NCBI GenBank assembly: GCA_030390025.1
Contig: CM059431.1
Span: forward strand, 119,042,001 to 119,106,000
Source: Squalus acanthias
Lineage: Eukaryota
Length of the DNA stretch: 64,000 nt
Direction: 5' to 3'
In this document: piece by piece, positions 37,179 through 49,908 of the stretch
Numbering within the stretch: the first letter of the stretch is position 1
Layout of the letters: each line of letters opens with the position of its first letter
The notes under the pieces: generated by a model
What the model was told of the DNA's origin: nothing
Database searches by the model: none
What the model saw: the letters and a program-made list of their open reading frames with translations, nothing else
Position numbers and translations under genes: made by a program

Positions 37179-38939
37179 GAGTATTTTGTTCTGGCTAATG
37201 TTGGTTGAGAGTGGAATGTTGTTCCTGTCAGAAGGACTCATTAATTGAATCAGCCACTAGATCTCAGAGGCAATACAAGAGGTCAGTGAAGCAACATCTG
37301 ATTTTTTTTTCTTTTGTAAAAATCAAAAAAAAAGACTTCATTCTGAATTCCGGTCACACAGAAAATTGATTCTGTTGTGTAAATTTTCTAGCTACTGCTT
37401 TACTTTTAACATTGCCTCTTACTTCCATCTGATATCAGGTCAAGCAATATTTTACTGCAGTTTGTGAAAGGGAAAACCAGGTGCGCAGCATCGCAGAACT
37501 ATTGCTCCATCCTATCTTGGATTCTTTTTACAAAAGCACACAGCCAAACTCATTGACATCACAAAATGAAAATGTTGTTGCGCACTCTGGGGCAAATGTC
37601 AGTTTGATTGGTACTAGACCTAAAATATACTGTATTTGTGCTACAGCAGAGAATGGAATATTGCGCCTACTGAGTCATTGTGGCCTGAAATGTCTGAATA
37701 TAGCTGGCAGAACAGGGTTGTTGAGCTTTGTTCAGTGTTCACACATTTTGTCAAATGCTTCTAGTAAACAGTATATTAGTAAATCTACGGCTCCTTGGCT
37801 CTTTCTCACTCAAGTGTTATCCATCCAAATAGTTTAACTGCCATTGACTCCAAGCTGTGCAGTAAGAACAAAAATATGTTGATCGGATGTAATATAAAAC
37901 ACTTGATCCATCTTCATTCTGTAAGCTACTGAAACAACCAATCCACGGAGAGAACGGAGTATACATTTAAGGAATATCAAATGCATTCATCTTTAGCAGG
38001 ATAAATTTGCAATTAATGACTGAATAACCAAACACCCGCTGGATAATCAAATAAGTACATTAAGAAGGAAACCAAGATGTCACAGCTTATAAGGACTATA
38101 TTGGTGAATCTAAGTTGATTTAATTTTTACACTTACGTAACAAAATTCATTACCGGAACGCTCAAGACATTATAGAAAACACCTCTGTGCAAATACTCAG
38201 AGTGTAATTCAACTAATAATGTATTTAATAAAAAGCAAGTACTGCTCTACCATCAATGTATTCAAGAATTTTTACAGAACAAAAAATGTATAATGTATCT
38301 ATCAAACTGAACAGGGACCCACAGATGGTTCCCTAAGGAATACAACATGTAGAATAGCAGTGACCCGAAGAGACTAACAAGGGGGAAAGTTGGAAGTGTG
38401 CAGATGTGGACATTGGGCTGAGGTCAGAATTAGGTTCAGATGCGATGCAGCACACGGGTAAAATACTTGGGCTCAAACATGAATAATGACCACGTGTGAA
38501 GTGCCAAAAGGTAGCTGCTGTCTAAATTTCACTATGTGAGTGTAAAATTAAATCAACTAAAATTCATCAATATAGTCCTTATAAGCGGTGACTTCTTGGT
38601 TTCCTTCTCATTTAGGCCCTGGTGTTCCTTCCACTGGCAGATGTGTCAGGCTCAATAGGACCTGATGTATCTCTGCAAGCAAAAATACAAGTTTCCTATG
38701 TGGCCCTGGGCGGAAATAAATAATTTTTAAATTAAGAAATTAAGTAAAGGGCAAAAACCCGTAGGGCAGAGCACCACCAAGGTCGTTGGGAATAGAAATC
38801 AAGATGACATAAATCAAAAGGTTGAGGTAAGACAATGACCTGCCTGAGTTTTAAACATTTGCAGATGTAGAAGGGAAACTAGGCTGTATGGGACCAGCAG
38901 AGAGGTGTGCGGCCGTGCATCTTATAGGGAAAATTGGAC

Positions 38940-39392
38940 ATGACGCCTTCATTCTGCTGCAGTCCACTGTCCCATCTGCATTTGAGCCACCATGACAAAC
39001 CAGAGTGTGGCTACTGGGCGACAAGGGCTATCCATTAACAACATGGCTCATGACTCCAGTGCATAACCCATGCACACGTGGACAGCATTCATACAATGAA
39101 AGCCAGGCTGCCACACGAAGCATCATCGAGCACGTCATTGGCATGCTGAAGCAATGCTTCCGCTGCCTGGACTGCTCTGGAGGGGCCCTGCAGTACTCGG
39201 CAGAGCGGGTGTCGAGATTTGTGGTGGTCTGCTGCATGCTGCATGACCTCGCCATCAAGAGGGCACAGCCCTTGCCACCAGCCATACGGTGACCAGGTGA
39301 GGAACAGGAGGAGGAGGGAGAGGAGGCAACCCAGTTAGTCCATTTCTGGCTGGGCTGTCCGTGACCGACTCATCCAGCTGCCATACCAGTAA
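38940..39392 (+). pseudogene. Harbinger transposase C-terminal fragment
   Basis: [17 protein letters not shown]...IIEHVIGMLKQCFRCLD...CCMLHD. Confidence 0.9.
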
Positions 39393-39869
39393 ACGCAACC
39401 CCAATTCCCCATTTACCAACAGTCCCACACTGTACCTACCCTTTGTCGCTGACCATCAAAGTGTCTGCTTGGCCACAATGCCAACTAAATAAAAACCAAC
39501 TCAAATTAAACATTCCAAACCACATTTATAAATGAAATCATGCCACATTGCATACAAATGTCAAATAATCACCCTTGTACATTCCCTTAATGCCTATCTC
39601 CGATGTGCCTTTGTTTGTCCTAGTGCTCCTACGAGTGCTGCCCCAGTGGCTGCAGCAAGGCTGGTGGAAGGCTGCTGAGTTTCAGTGGAGGAGACTGCAG
39701 ATGGCCTTGGAGGATGACGTCGAGGAGCTCTGGGCCGAGAAGACCCAGCTTCAGACTGCACCATCTCGGCATGGGCGTCAGCAGTTTGGGCTGGCTAGCT
39801 GACAGGGAACAGCAAGGGCATTGGTGGAGTGGCAGGGGTGGGAGGACAAATGCTGTCATCCTGAGAGAA

Positions 39870-40115
39870 ATGAGAAGTCGCACAACACCAGGTTATAGTC
39901 CAACAGATTTATTTAAAATTACAAGCTTTCGGAGCTGTCGCCCCTTCCTCAGGTAGAGTAACTGTGAGAGATTCTCTCACAGTTACTCTACCTGAGGAAG
40001 GGGCGACAGCTCCGAAAGCTTGTAATTTTAAATAAATCTGTTGGACTATAACCTGGTGTTGTGCGACTTCTCATTTTTGTCCACCCCAGTCCAACGCCGG
40101 CATCTCCACATCATG
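39870..40115. mobile_element. Penelope-like terminal-repeat insertion with inverted duplication
   Basis: 12-bp TSD ATCCTGAGAGAA (39858-39869, 40116-40127); perfect palindrome 39868-40076; hammerhead cores. Confidence 0.85.
39989..40024 (+). ncRNA. Minimal type-I hammerhead ribozyme motif, intact core (mirror copy on - at 39920-39955)
   Basis: TAC-CTGAGGA-A-GGGGC GACA GCTCC-GAAA-GCTT-GTA: 3-bp stem I, 5-bp stem II, palindromic AGCT stem III, CUU triplet. Confidence 0.75.
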
Positions 40116-40822
40116 ATCCTGAGAGAAGACAGCAGGTTTGTGCACCACGGAGCCACTGCAACTCCCCCGGGGCGGTGCCTCAGTAATCCTAGCAATCTGT
40201 TGAAGGACAGATTGCTGGACTGCTGTGACACCTTGCAAGCCCCTTTGAACACTGCAAACACAGCCATGATGGTAGCAGTCCGAGCAATGTGTTGTTGTTG
40301 TTGCATGTGGGAGCTGGTGGACACCATTGAGGTCCAAGGCGACCACATCTGCAGCAAATGTTGGCTGCTTGAGGAACTTCGGCTCAGAGTTGATGAGCTG
40401 GAGTCCGAGATTCAAACACTGCGACACATTAGGGAGGGGGAGCATTACCTGGACACTAAGTTCCAGGAGGCAGTCACACCCACTAGAGTAATTACTTCCA
40501 ATTTGGCCCATGGTCAGGGACAGGAGAGTGTGACTACAAGCGAGGCAGGTATTGGGATCCAGGAGGTAGTGATGGAGGAGCCTCAGCCCTTGGCCTTGTC
40601 CAACAGGTACGACATTCTTGCTCCCTGTGTGGATGAGGGCAGGGAATGCAGGGAGGATGAGCAATCTGACCACAGCACCGTGGTACAGGGAGCCATTCAA
40701 TTGGGGGCATAAAAAGAAATGTTTTAGTGATAGGGGATAGTATAGTTAGGGGGATAGACACTGTTCTCTGCAGCCAAGAGCGTGAGTCCCGAAGGCTGTG
40801 TTGCCTGCCTGGTGCCAGGGTT

Positions 40823-42132
40823 TGTGAAGGAATAAGCAATATAGCTATACAGAAAAATACACCATCCTATAAAAGAATTCTGACTTTATTAAAACATGAC
40901 AAACTGGGCTTGAAAATCTGGAAGCCTCAACAATCTAAAGCTGTAAACAGCATACAGGCTTTTGAGATAAGATAAGTTGTTGACACTGAAACAATGGCCC
41001 TATTGAAACAGGAGGTTGGAGTTTCCTAAAGTCTGAAGCCTTGGAAAGAACACAATGGTACACCCTGTTAAGGTGTTATAAATAACACTTTGAAAAGAAA
41101 CACAGAAAAGAAGAAGAAACATATGCCTTCGTAAGAATGACATCAAATAGATGCACCTGTTACAACCATTTTTTTATGATAAGCTTGAGACACCTACACA
41201 GCAGACATAATTCTTAATGCAACCAACTGACGTAACTAAGAAGACAATGGTGCATCCGGTTGAGGTGTTCTAAATGCAAAAGATACAAGCAGAAGACCTT
41301 GGTAAGAATGGCACCAAGTGGGGGAGGCACCACCCGTCACATTGTTTTTGTGTTGAACTTGGAACACCTAGGAGACACAAGTCTGCTTGCTACCAGCTGA
41401 ACTGACTGAAAGAATAGAAAGAGTCAACAGAAAAATGACTAGAGATAATTAGCTTACATCAGCAGAAAACTTCAAAGGATATACCACTGAGAAAGGGTAT
41501 AAAAATTGGACTTTCAAATGGGAAGACAGATTCGCTGAAAGGGGCAAAATTATTCTCAGGCTTCAGAGGCAGGCTCTGTAAGTTTTCAACACTTTGAGTC
41601 TCGGGGATCAAAGGTATTTGATTTTGGTGGATATCCTGGAATAAACTAAGAACTGTAAAATGTAGAGAAGTTAAGATTTGAGAATAAGGATCTCTGATAA
41701 TGAAATTGTAAAAGCTTTTGTATTTGGAACTGTTAATATTGCGACTCAATCACCAACTGTAATTACATGTCGGTTCTTTAATAAATCTATATATTTTTAG
41801 AATTATCTCACATAGTACTTCTGTATCAAACTCATGAACTCAATCTCTGTACACTCTTTGGTGAGGAGTTGCAGAATTCTGGGGGAGTTTTCCGGACCCT
41901 CATAATATCCGAAATGTTACAGTCTAGCTAAACTTATTAAAAGTGCTATCTGGAGGACGGTAACATCTTCAGGCTGTTCCTTTCCTTTAGGGAGAGATAG
42001 TCTGGACCTTTAGACCCAATTAAACATCTTTAGGATTCGGCTACCTCTAACTTTAGTTGAAGGTGAATGTCTGGGGAATATGCCTGATCCAGGGTAGCCC
42101 AAAAGGGGCTAGGACTAGTAATAATCCCTTTA
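40823..42132. mobile_element. Solo-LTR-like insertion in CR1 ORF1
   Basis: 4-bp TSD GGTT/GGTT; starts TGTGAAGG, ends CCCTTTA; internal AATAAA near 41780. Removing it restores LPGARV-KDISSGLE. Confidence 0.7.
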
Positions 42133-42719
42133 GGTTAAGGACATCTCCTCTGGGCTGGAGAGAAACTTGGAGTGGGAGAGGGAGGCTCCAGTTGTCATGG
42201 TCCACGTAGGCACCAATTACATAGGTGGGACAAGGAAAGAGGTTATGCTGAGAGAGTATTAGCAGCTAAGGGCTAAATTAAATATCAGAACCACAAAGGT
42301 AATAATCTCTGGATTACTACCTGAGCCACAAGCAAATTTGCATAGGGTAAATAAGATCAGAGAAATGAATGAGTGGCTCAAAGACTGGTGTGGGAGAAAT
42401 GGGTTTCAATTTGTGGGGCACTGGCACCAGTACTGGGATAAGAGGGAGCTGTTCCGTTTGGACGGGCTTCACTTGAACCATGCTGGGACTAGAGTCCTGG
42501 CGAATCGAATAACTAGGGCTGTAGAGAGGGCTTTAAACTAAATAGTGGGGGGGAGGATCCAGGTGAGCAGGAATTTAAAAAGTCAATGAGAAATGAGAAA
42601 GCAATAGTACAGTATAGAGATGGGGGAAATAATAACCAGAGTGTGACAGGAAGAGACAGGATGTTTAAAAATAAGAGTGCAACAGAAAATGGGGCCAAAA
42701 TAATGAAAAATGGTAAAAA

Positions 42720-45700
42720 GACAAAGTTAAAAGCTCTATATCTGAATGCACGCAGCATTCGTAACAAGATAGATGAGTTGACAGCACAAATAGATACAAA
42801 TAGGTATGATCTGATTGCCATTACAGAGACGTGGTTGCAAGGTGATCAGGGCTGGGAACTGAATATTCCAGGGTATTTGACAATTCAGAAGGATAGACAG
42901 AAAGGAAAGGGAGGTGGGGTGGCTTTGTTGGTAAAGGATGGGATCAGCGCAGTGGTGAGAAGTGATATTGGTTAGAAGATCAAGATGTAGAATTGGTTTG
43001 GGTGGAAATAAAAAAAATAATAAAGGAAAAAAGTCTCTGGTGGGCATAGTGCACAGGCCTCCGAACAGTAGCAATACTGTTGGACAGAGTATAAATCAAC
43101 AAATAATGGAGGCCTGTAAAAAAGGTACGTTAATAATCATGAGTGATTTTAATCTCCATATTGATTGGACATATCAAATTGGCCATGGTAGCCTTGAGGA
43201 GGAGTTCATAGAGTGCATCTGGGATGGTTTCCTAGAACAGTATGTAATGGAACCAACCAGGGAGCAGGCTATCTTGAATCTGGTACTGTGTAATGAGACA
43301 GAATTAATAAATGATCTCATAGTAAAGGATCCTCTAGGAAAGAGTGATCATAGCATGGTTGAATTTCAAATTCACTTGGAGGGTGAGAAAGTTTTATCTC
43401 AAACCAGTGTCCTGATCTTAAACAAAGGCAATTACAATGGCATGAGGGCAGAACTGGCTAAAGTGGACTGGAAAAGTAAATTAAAGGGTAAGACAGTTGA
43501 AATGCAGTGGCGGACGTTTAAGGAGATATTTCATAACTCTCAACAAAAAAATATTCCAGTGAGAAAGAAAGATTTTAAGAGAAGGGAGCACCATCCGTGG
43601 CTAACTAAGAAAGTAAAGGATGGTATCAAATTGAAAACGAAGGCATACAATGTTGCCAAGATTGTTGGAGACCAGAGGATTGGGACATTTTTAAAAACCA
43701 GCAAAGGATGACTAAAAAAATGATAAAGAGAGAGAAGATGAATTATGAGAGTAAACTGGCAAGAAACATTAAAACAGATAGCAATAGCTTCTACAGGTAT
43801 ATAAAAAGGAAGAGGGTAGCTAAAGTAAACATTGGTCCCTTAGAGGATGAGACTGGGGAATTAATAATGGGGAACGGGGAAATGGCAGAGACTCTGAACA
43901 AATATTTTGTATCTGTCTTCACGGTAGAAGACACTAACAACATCCCAATAATGGATAATCAAGGGGCCACAGGGTGGTGGTGGGGCGGGGGGGGGGGGCG
44001 GCGGTGGGGGGAGCTAAAGAAAATCACTATCACTAAGGAAATAGTACTTGGTAAAATAATGGGACTAAAAGATGACAAGTCCCCTGGACCAGATTGCCTG
44101 CATCCCAGGGTCTTAAAAGAAGTGGCTGCAGAGATAGTGGATGCATTGTTTGCAATATACCAAAATTCCCTGGACTCTGGAGAAGTCGCAGCAGATTGGA
44201 AAACCGCAAATGTAACGCCCCTATTTAAGAAAGGAGGGAGACAGAAAGCAGAAAACTATAGACCAGTTAGCCTAACATCTGTCATTGGGAAAATGCTGGA
44301 GTCCTTCATTAAGGAAGCAATAGCAGGGCATTTGGAAAAGTATAATGCAGTCAAGCAGAGTCAGCATGGTTTTAGGAAAGTGAAATCATGTTTAACAAAT
44401 TTGCTGGAGTTCTTTGAGGATGTAATGAGCAGGGTGGAGAAAGGTAAACCAGTAGATGTGGTGTATTTGGATTTCCAGAAGGCATTCGATAAGGTGCCAC
44501 ATAAAAGGTTACTGCATAAGATAAGAGCTCACGGAATTGGGGGTAATCTATTAGCATGGATAGAGAATTGTCTAACTAACAGAAAGCAGAGAGTCGGGAT
44601 AAATGGGTCATTTTCCGGTTGGCAAATGGTAACTAGTGGGGTGCCACAGGGATCGGTGCTGGGGCCTCAACTATTTACAATCTACATTAATGACTTGGAT
44701 GAAGGGACCGAGTATAATGGCCCAGAAATTGATCTCGCTCTGTTCCCGCGGGGGTAAGCCTTCCCCGCGATGTCTCACCTCGCTTATGCTTTTTCTGATC
44801 CAGCTCGCACGAACTTGATGTTCCAGACATCAGCTGTGCTGGGCTTGCGTATCCCAGCGGCGTAGTGAATTCGTGCGAGCTGTGGGATCACGTGACTCAG
44901 TTAGAGCCAATGGCAGCACACCATCTTCCATTCATAAGTCTCACAGCATGGCTGTGAGACTTATGAATCTTACACCCCCCCAAAATAACAGCTAAACCTC
45001 AATTAAATTTAAAAAAAAACCATCACATTAATAAAATAAGTATAGTTAATTAAATTAACCATTTTAAATAAAAAATTAAATTTTTGAAAAAATTTAAAAT
45101 CTTTTAAAAAGTTATAAAAATAAACTTACCTGTCTTTAAAGTCTATAAAAAAGATATACCTGTAAAAAAAAATTCAAAAAAATACTTAATTCACTACTTA
45201 CCTTCTTAAAAGCGGGTCTTACTCCTCCTTTTTACATTTCCAAAATCTTCCCTACTTACCTGCGCGTCCAAAGCATGAAGTGCACAGCGTGCGCGCAGCC
45301 TGTAGCGCGCACGCGATGCACCCAGGCCCCGCCCCCTTTTCGGAAGAGCAATTGCCGGTTTTCAGCGCATGCGCAGGGCATGCAGAAAACCGGCAATTGG
45401 AGTGGGAATACGCGAGAGTATGCAGTGCGTACTCTCGCGTCCCGGGATCAATTTTCGGCCCAATGTATCCAAGTTTGCAGTTGATACAAAGATGAGTGGG
45501 AAAGCAAGTTGTGCAGAGGACGCAAAGAACCTGCAAAGGGATATAGACAGGCTAAGTGAATGGGCAAACATTTAGCAGATGGAGTATAACGTGGGAAAGT
45601 GCGAGGTTATACACTTTGGCAGGAAAAATAAATAAGCAAATTATTATTTAAATGGAGAGAGATTACAAAATGCTACAGTTCAGAGAGACCTGGGGGTCCT

Positions 45701-46290
45701 TGTGCATGAAACACAAAAAGTTAGTATGCAGGTACAGCAAGTAATCAAAAAGGCAAATGGATTGTTGGCCTTTATTTCAAAGGGGTTGGAGTATAAAAGC
45801 AGGGAAGCCCTGCTACAACTGTACAGGGTATTGGTGAGACCACACCTTGAATACTGCGTACAGTTTTGGTCTCCTTATTTAAGGAAGGATATACTTGCAT
45901 TGGAGGCAGTTCAGAGACGATTCACTCGGTTAATTCCAGAGATGAGGGGGTTGACTTATGAGGAAAGGTTGAGCAGGCTGGGCCTAAACTCATTGGAATT
46001 TAGAAGAATGAGAGGTGATCTTATTGAAACATATAAGATACTGAAGGGGGTCGACAAGGTAGATGCAGAGAGGATGTTTCCCCTCGTGGGAAAATCTAGA
46101 ACGCGAGGGCACAGTTTTAGAATAAAGGGTCGCCCTTTTAGAACTGAGATGAGGAGGAATTTCTTCTCTCAGTGGGTCATAAATCTGTAGATTTCTCTGC
46201 CCCAGAGAGCTGTGGAGGCTGGGTTATTAAATACATTTAAGGTGGAGATAGACAGATTTTTGCAAGATAAGGGAGTGAACGGTTATGGGG
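42720..46290 (+). pseudogene. CR1 ORF2 (APE plus RT), disrupted
   Basis: ORFs 42586-42975, 42962-43711, 43708-44757 and 45702-46190; catalytic motif reads KFAVDTK. Confidence 0.92.
44719..45461. mobile_element. Harbinger-type MITE inserted in the CR1 RT
   Basis: TIRs GGCCCAGAAATTGATC and GATCAATTTTCGGCCC; TSD AAT/AAT; removal restores DEGTEYN-VSKF. Confidence 0.93.
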
Positions 46291-46409
46291 AGCGGGCGGG
46301 GAAGTGGCTTTGAGCCCAAGATCAGCCATGATCTTATTGAATGGCGGAGCAGGCTCGAGGGGCCAAGTGGCCTATTCCTGCTCCTATTTCCTATGTTCTT
46401 ATGTTCTTC

Positions 46410-47784
46410 CATGGCAGCAAGCTGAGCTTGCATGGCAGAAGTCTGAGCTTCCAATGCAGCACTCAGACATTGGGCAGCTTCTGCTTATGCTGCAATGGAA
46501 GCTGAGACATCGGCCATCAGACGCTGCATCATGGTTTGCTCCGCAAGTGTACTGATGGAGTTGGCCATCACTTCCATGCAGGAAAGTTTGGGTTCCAAGC
46601 ACACAGGCTTTCTGGCAGGCCTGCCAATGCACCAAGCATATCATTGTGCTTACCCATCAGCCTTCCTCTGTATCCTGCCCCATCAAAGTACTCATCTGAG
46701 TCCTCTGCAGCAGGACTTGTGTGCAACCTCACCCTCTGCGGAGCTGGCACCTGCGCTACCCTTGCCCCCCTGCCCTGGCTGCAGGCCACTCGTGCCCAGT
46801 GAATCACCATGTGCAAATCCCATGTCTAAGCTATCCTCTAAAGTACATGGAGTGTCAGTATCTGAGCTGATGGCTGGGAGTGTGAAATTGAGTGATGGTG
46901 CTGTGTGTTCATCATCACTGCCTTCTTCCTCTTCCAGTTCTTGCCTATCTGAAAGAAGAAAGGCATAAGGGTAGGATTGCAGTGAGGGGAGGGTTGAAAG
47001 CAAGAGGTGCATGCTTACACCATCTGCAGCTTATAAATCAGAAGAGATTGTGGGATGAGGGGGTTGTAGGATGTGAGAAGGAGGATTAGGTATGAGGATA
47101 CCATCATCTTCAATTGTTTCAGCCCCACCACTGGCCACGGGCTCAGTGATGGCAACTCCAATAATCTCCAGCACCGTTTCCTCCATGGGAGTTAGGTCAT
47201 GCAGGCGTGGCTGTCCCCCTGTGGGTAGCCCCTGCTGCCTTCAGTTTTGAGCCACATTGTCCTGCAAGAGAGAGGGAAGTGTGTTAGTGAGTGTGGTGCA
47301 ATGTATTTGGGTGATGTGCCTGTCATGTTTGAATAGCTGGCAGTGTGTGCAAGCTGTGAGATGTGGGTCTGAGGCTTGCAGCAGTGCTCAGCTTGTGAGG
47401 GTGAGGTGAAGCTACGAATGTGAGATATGTGTCGTGATTGATAGAAATTGTTGGTAGGTGAGTGATGGGGGTGTGCTGCAATGAGCAGTGTGAGTGTAGT
47501 GGTGCTGTTGGTGGGATATGGCATTTGAAGATGAATTCACTGACCTTGACCACTCGTGTGAGGTTATTGAACTTGTTGCGGCACTGTGTCCAGGTCCACG
47601 GGGCTTGACTTCTGGCATTGACCGCCAGGGTTATATTCTCCCACTGCCTTCTTCGAGTTTGTCTGGAGGGCCTCCTGGCCCCCTGTGGATAGAGGATCTC
47701 TCTCCTTCTGTGCACCTCCTCCACCAAGGCCTTCAGTGCAGTGTCTGAGAACCTTAGAGCATGGTCTCTGCCTTGTTGCACCAT
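46410..47784 (-). pseudogene. Harbinger Myb/SANT-like gene: exons 47784-47545, 47261-47102, and from 46948 (continuing at about 39600-40285)
   Basis: RFSDTALKALVEEV...WTQCRNKFNNL; donors AAG/gtcagt and G/gtatcc; acceptors ttgcag and tttcag. Confidence 0.85.
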
Positions 47785-48954
47785 AATTCAGTGTTCCTCT
47801 TGCTCACACTCTGTTCCCCAGCCACTTCCAGCACCTGCTTCAGCCAGAATGCACCTCTCCTTTAAGAGGTGCAGGCTGGCTTTAAGTAGTGCAGGCTAGC
47901 TTTAACTGATGCTAGCCTTGAACGAACTTGGGACCCCTGCTGAGATGCTGAGCCACTGAACAGCGTGTTTAGTGCTTCCTCACCGCTGCAATCATTTTAA
48001 TTAGCAGGCAGCATAAAGTTTGCGTGCTGTCTGCATCAGACTCAACGGGCGCGGGCTGATCTCGTATCGCGATACTCACGACCGTTTTTGATGGCTATCG
48101 AATTTAGGTCCCTATGAATTTACAATCCCAAGTGTGCTGCCATTCAGAGGAAGAAACTTACAGAACACCTGAGCTAAAAGGGAAACACAAGGATGATGAG
48201 TGGATGCAATCTACTGCCCCAGCTATAATCTAATAGTAGCAGGTCATTATCAACAAAGTTTGGCTGCCAATCATTTTCTATTAATGAACATGACCTCAGC
48301 TGACGTCAAAAATGAAACAAAAAAGAAGAAACAGGTAGAAATTGATAACTGACTTCTTGAGGAGAAAAGAGAACCATCTGACAAGTGTACAAACAAGAAA
48401 GTTTGGAATTAATTCAATGGGACACGGTTTGTGCTGTGGAATTTCAGGTGAAAAAATATTTGGGAAACCACCAGATATTTCGTGTACAATCTACTCCTGC
48501 TCATTTGTGTTAAAAAAAATTACATTATTCAGTAATTTGAATTAAGCAATGTAAATAACACAGGAAAATAGGACCTTAGTGCTAATTATTGGTTTAATTT
48601 AAGAGATAATTTGAATTAAGTGACTTTGAATTAACAACTATAGCTTGTATCGCATATCACTTGGGTGCTTTGGTATCTTAAAAATCAACAGCAAATTAAA
48701 ATTCAGTTGCTAATGATTTTTGAGATTTGCTATTGATAAGTGATGGCATTGAGAATGGAAGAAGCTATGGATCAGGGAGAGCAGTGGTAAAAACCTCAAA
48801 CTGAATACAGTCGGAGCTGTGTGTGGATGGACCTTCATTTGAAATAATGCAATGTTAAATACTACAGTCTGACCATCTTTTTTTTTCTAGTTTGAGGCTG
48901 ACCCAAGTTTTAACTAGAACATCAACTGGAATTTCACAAAAATGTAACATTAAT

Positions 48955-49203
48955 CAACACCACCACCTCCAAGTTCCCCTCCAAGTCACACACCATCCTG
49001 ACTTGGAACTATATTTCCTTCAGCGTCACTGCGACAAAATCCTAAAGCTCCCTCTCTAACAGTATTGTGTGAGTACCTTCACCACACGGACTGCAGCCGT
49101 TCAAGAAGGCAGCTCACCACCACCTTCTCAAGGGCAACTAGGGATAGGAAATAAATGCTGGTTTTGCCAGCGATGTCCACATCCCATGAATGAATAAAAA
49201 AAA
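48955..49203 (+). mobile_element. LINE 3' end (CR1-group, third family)
   Basis: aagttcccctccaagtcacac...ttcaagaaggcagctcaccaccaccttctc...atgaataaaaa; overlaps in sequence with 63190-63262. Confidence 0.7.
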
Positions 49204-49817
49204 TTAAAATATTTTTAATAAGCTGTTCCTTAATTGTACAATGATTATTTTTTAAAAGGGAACATGAGACGTATAATAACCTTTGTAGTCTGCATGCAAA
49301 TACACTGTAAACAGTTATAGAAGCTCTAACTATTAATGAAATAGGGCTGAAAAGTATCTGATAATACAAACCTATGCCTCATTATCACTGTCATTACAAG
49401 TTCCTTGATTTTTATTCATTTATACAGCAAGGCAGGCTCCCACAGAGGAAAACCTGCTTTAAACCTGATCCAGACTGCGAACCAGGATGACAAACACAGA
49501 TAAAAGACACATTGCCTTTCATCTGTGTTACTAAATCAACTTTCGGCAAGAGAGAAATGAATAATTAACTGAAAATGTGACTGACTGCATTGCTTCAGAG
49601 AGAGCGAGAACCAAGAAGGCTACAGCAAATAAGAAAAGGAAGCCCATGTCCAGCTGATAGTACAATAAACAATGCCAGAGTTTCACTTTTCGATGCAAGG
49701 ACTTTCAGAACTTAGAACAAGTTTGTTGGATTATCAATGCCTTAAGTTGTGTGATACTATGCAGTGTTTCAGTTTAAGATCAAACTACTGCTATTTTAAA
49801 CTTAAAACAAGAATTGT

Positions 49818-49908
49818 ATTCTGAGAAAAAGGTCATCAACCTGAAACGTTAACCCTACTTCTCCCTCTATAGATGCTGCCTGACATGATGAGTGTTTCCA
49901 GCATTTTA
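49818..49908 (+). mobile_element. Penelope-like terminal repeat fragment with degenerate hammerhead
   Basis: ctgagaaaaaggtcatcaacctgaaacgttaac...gatgctgcctgac matches 34437-34515. Confidence 0.7.

Larger units (their letters stand above)
40285..46409 (+). mobile_element. Near-full-length CR1 LINE, second family, interrupted twice
   Basis: ORF1 (CMWE..CSKC zipper, GDSIVRG, DGLHLN), ORF2 ([30 protein letters not shown]) and tail ttcttatgttctt. Confidence 0.95.
38935..48112. mobile_element. Left-truncated Harbinger element split by Penelope and CR1 insertions
   Basis: Transposase C-terminus on +, convergent Myb gene on - that resumes after 46409, right end cgaatttaggtccc. Confidence 0.8.

Noticed and set aside
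43970..44012. Poly-G insert giving [13 protein letters not shown] in CR1 ORF2
   Set aside because: Homopolymer slippage in a dead copy; similar G runs occur at about 9320, 9375 and 13860.
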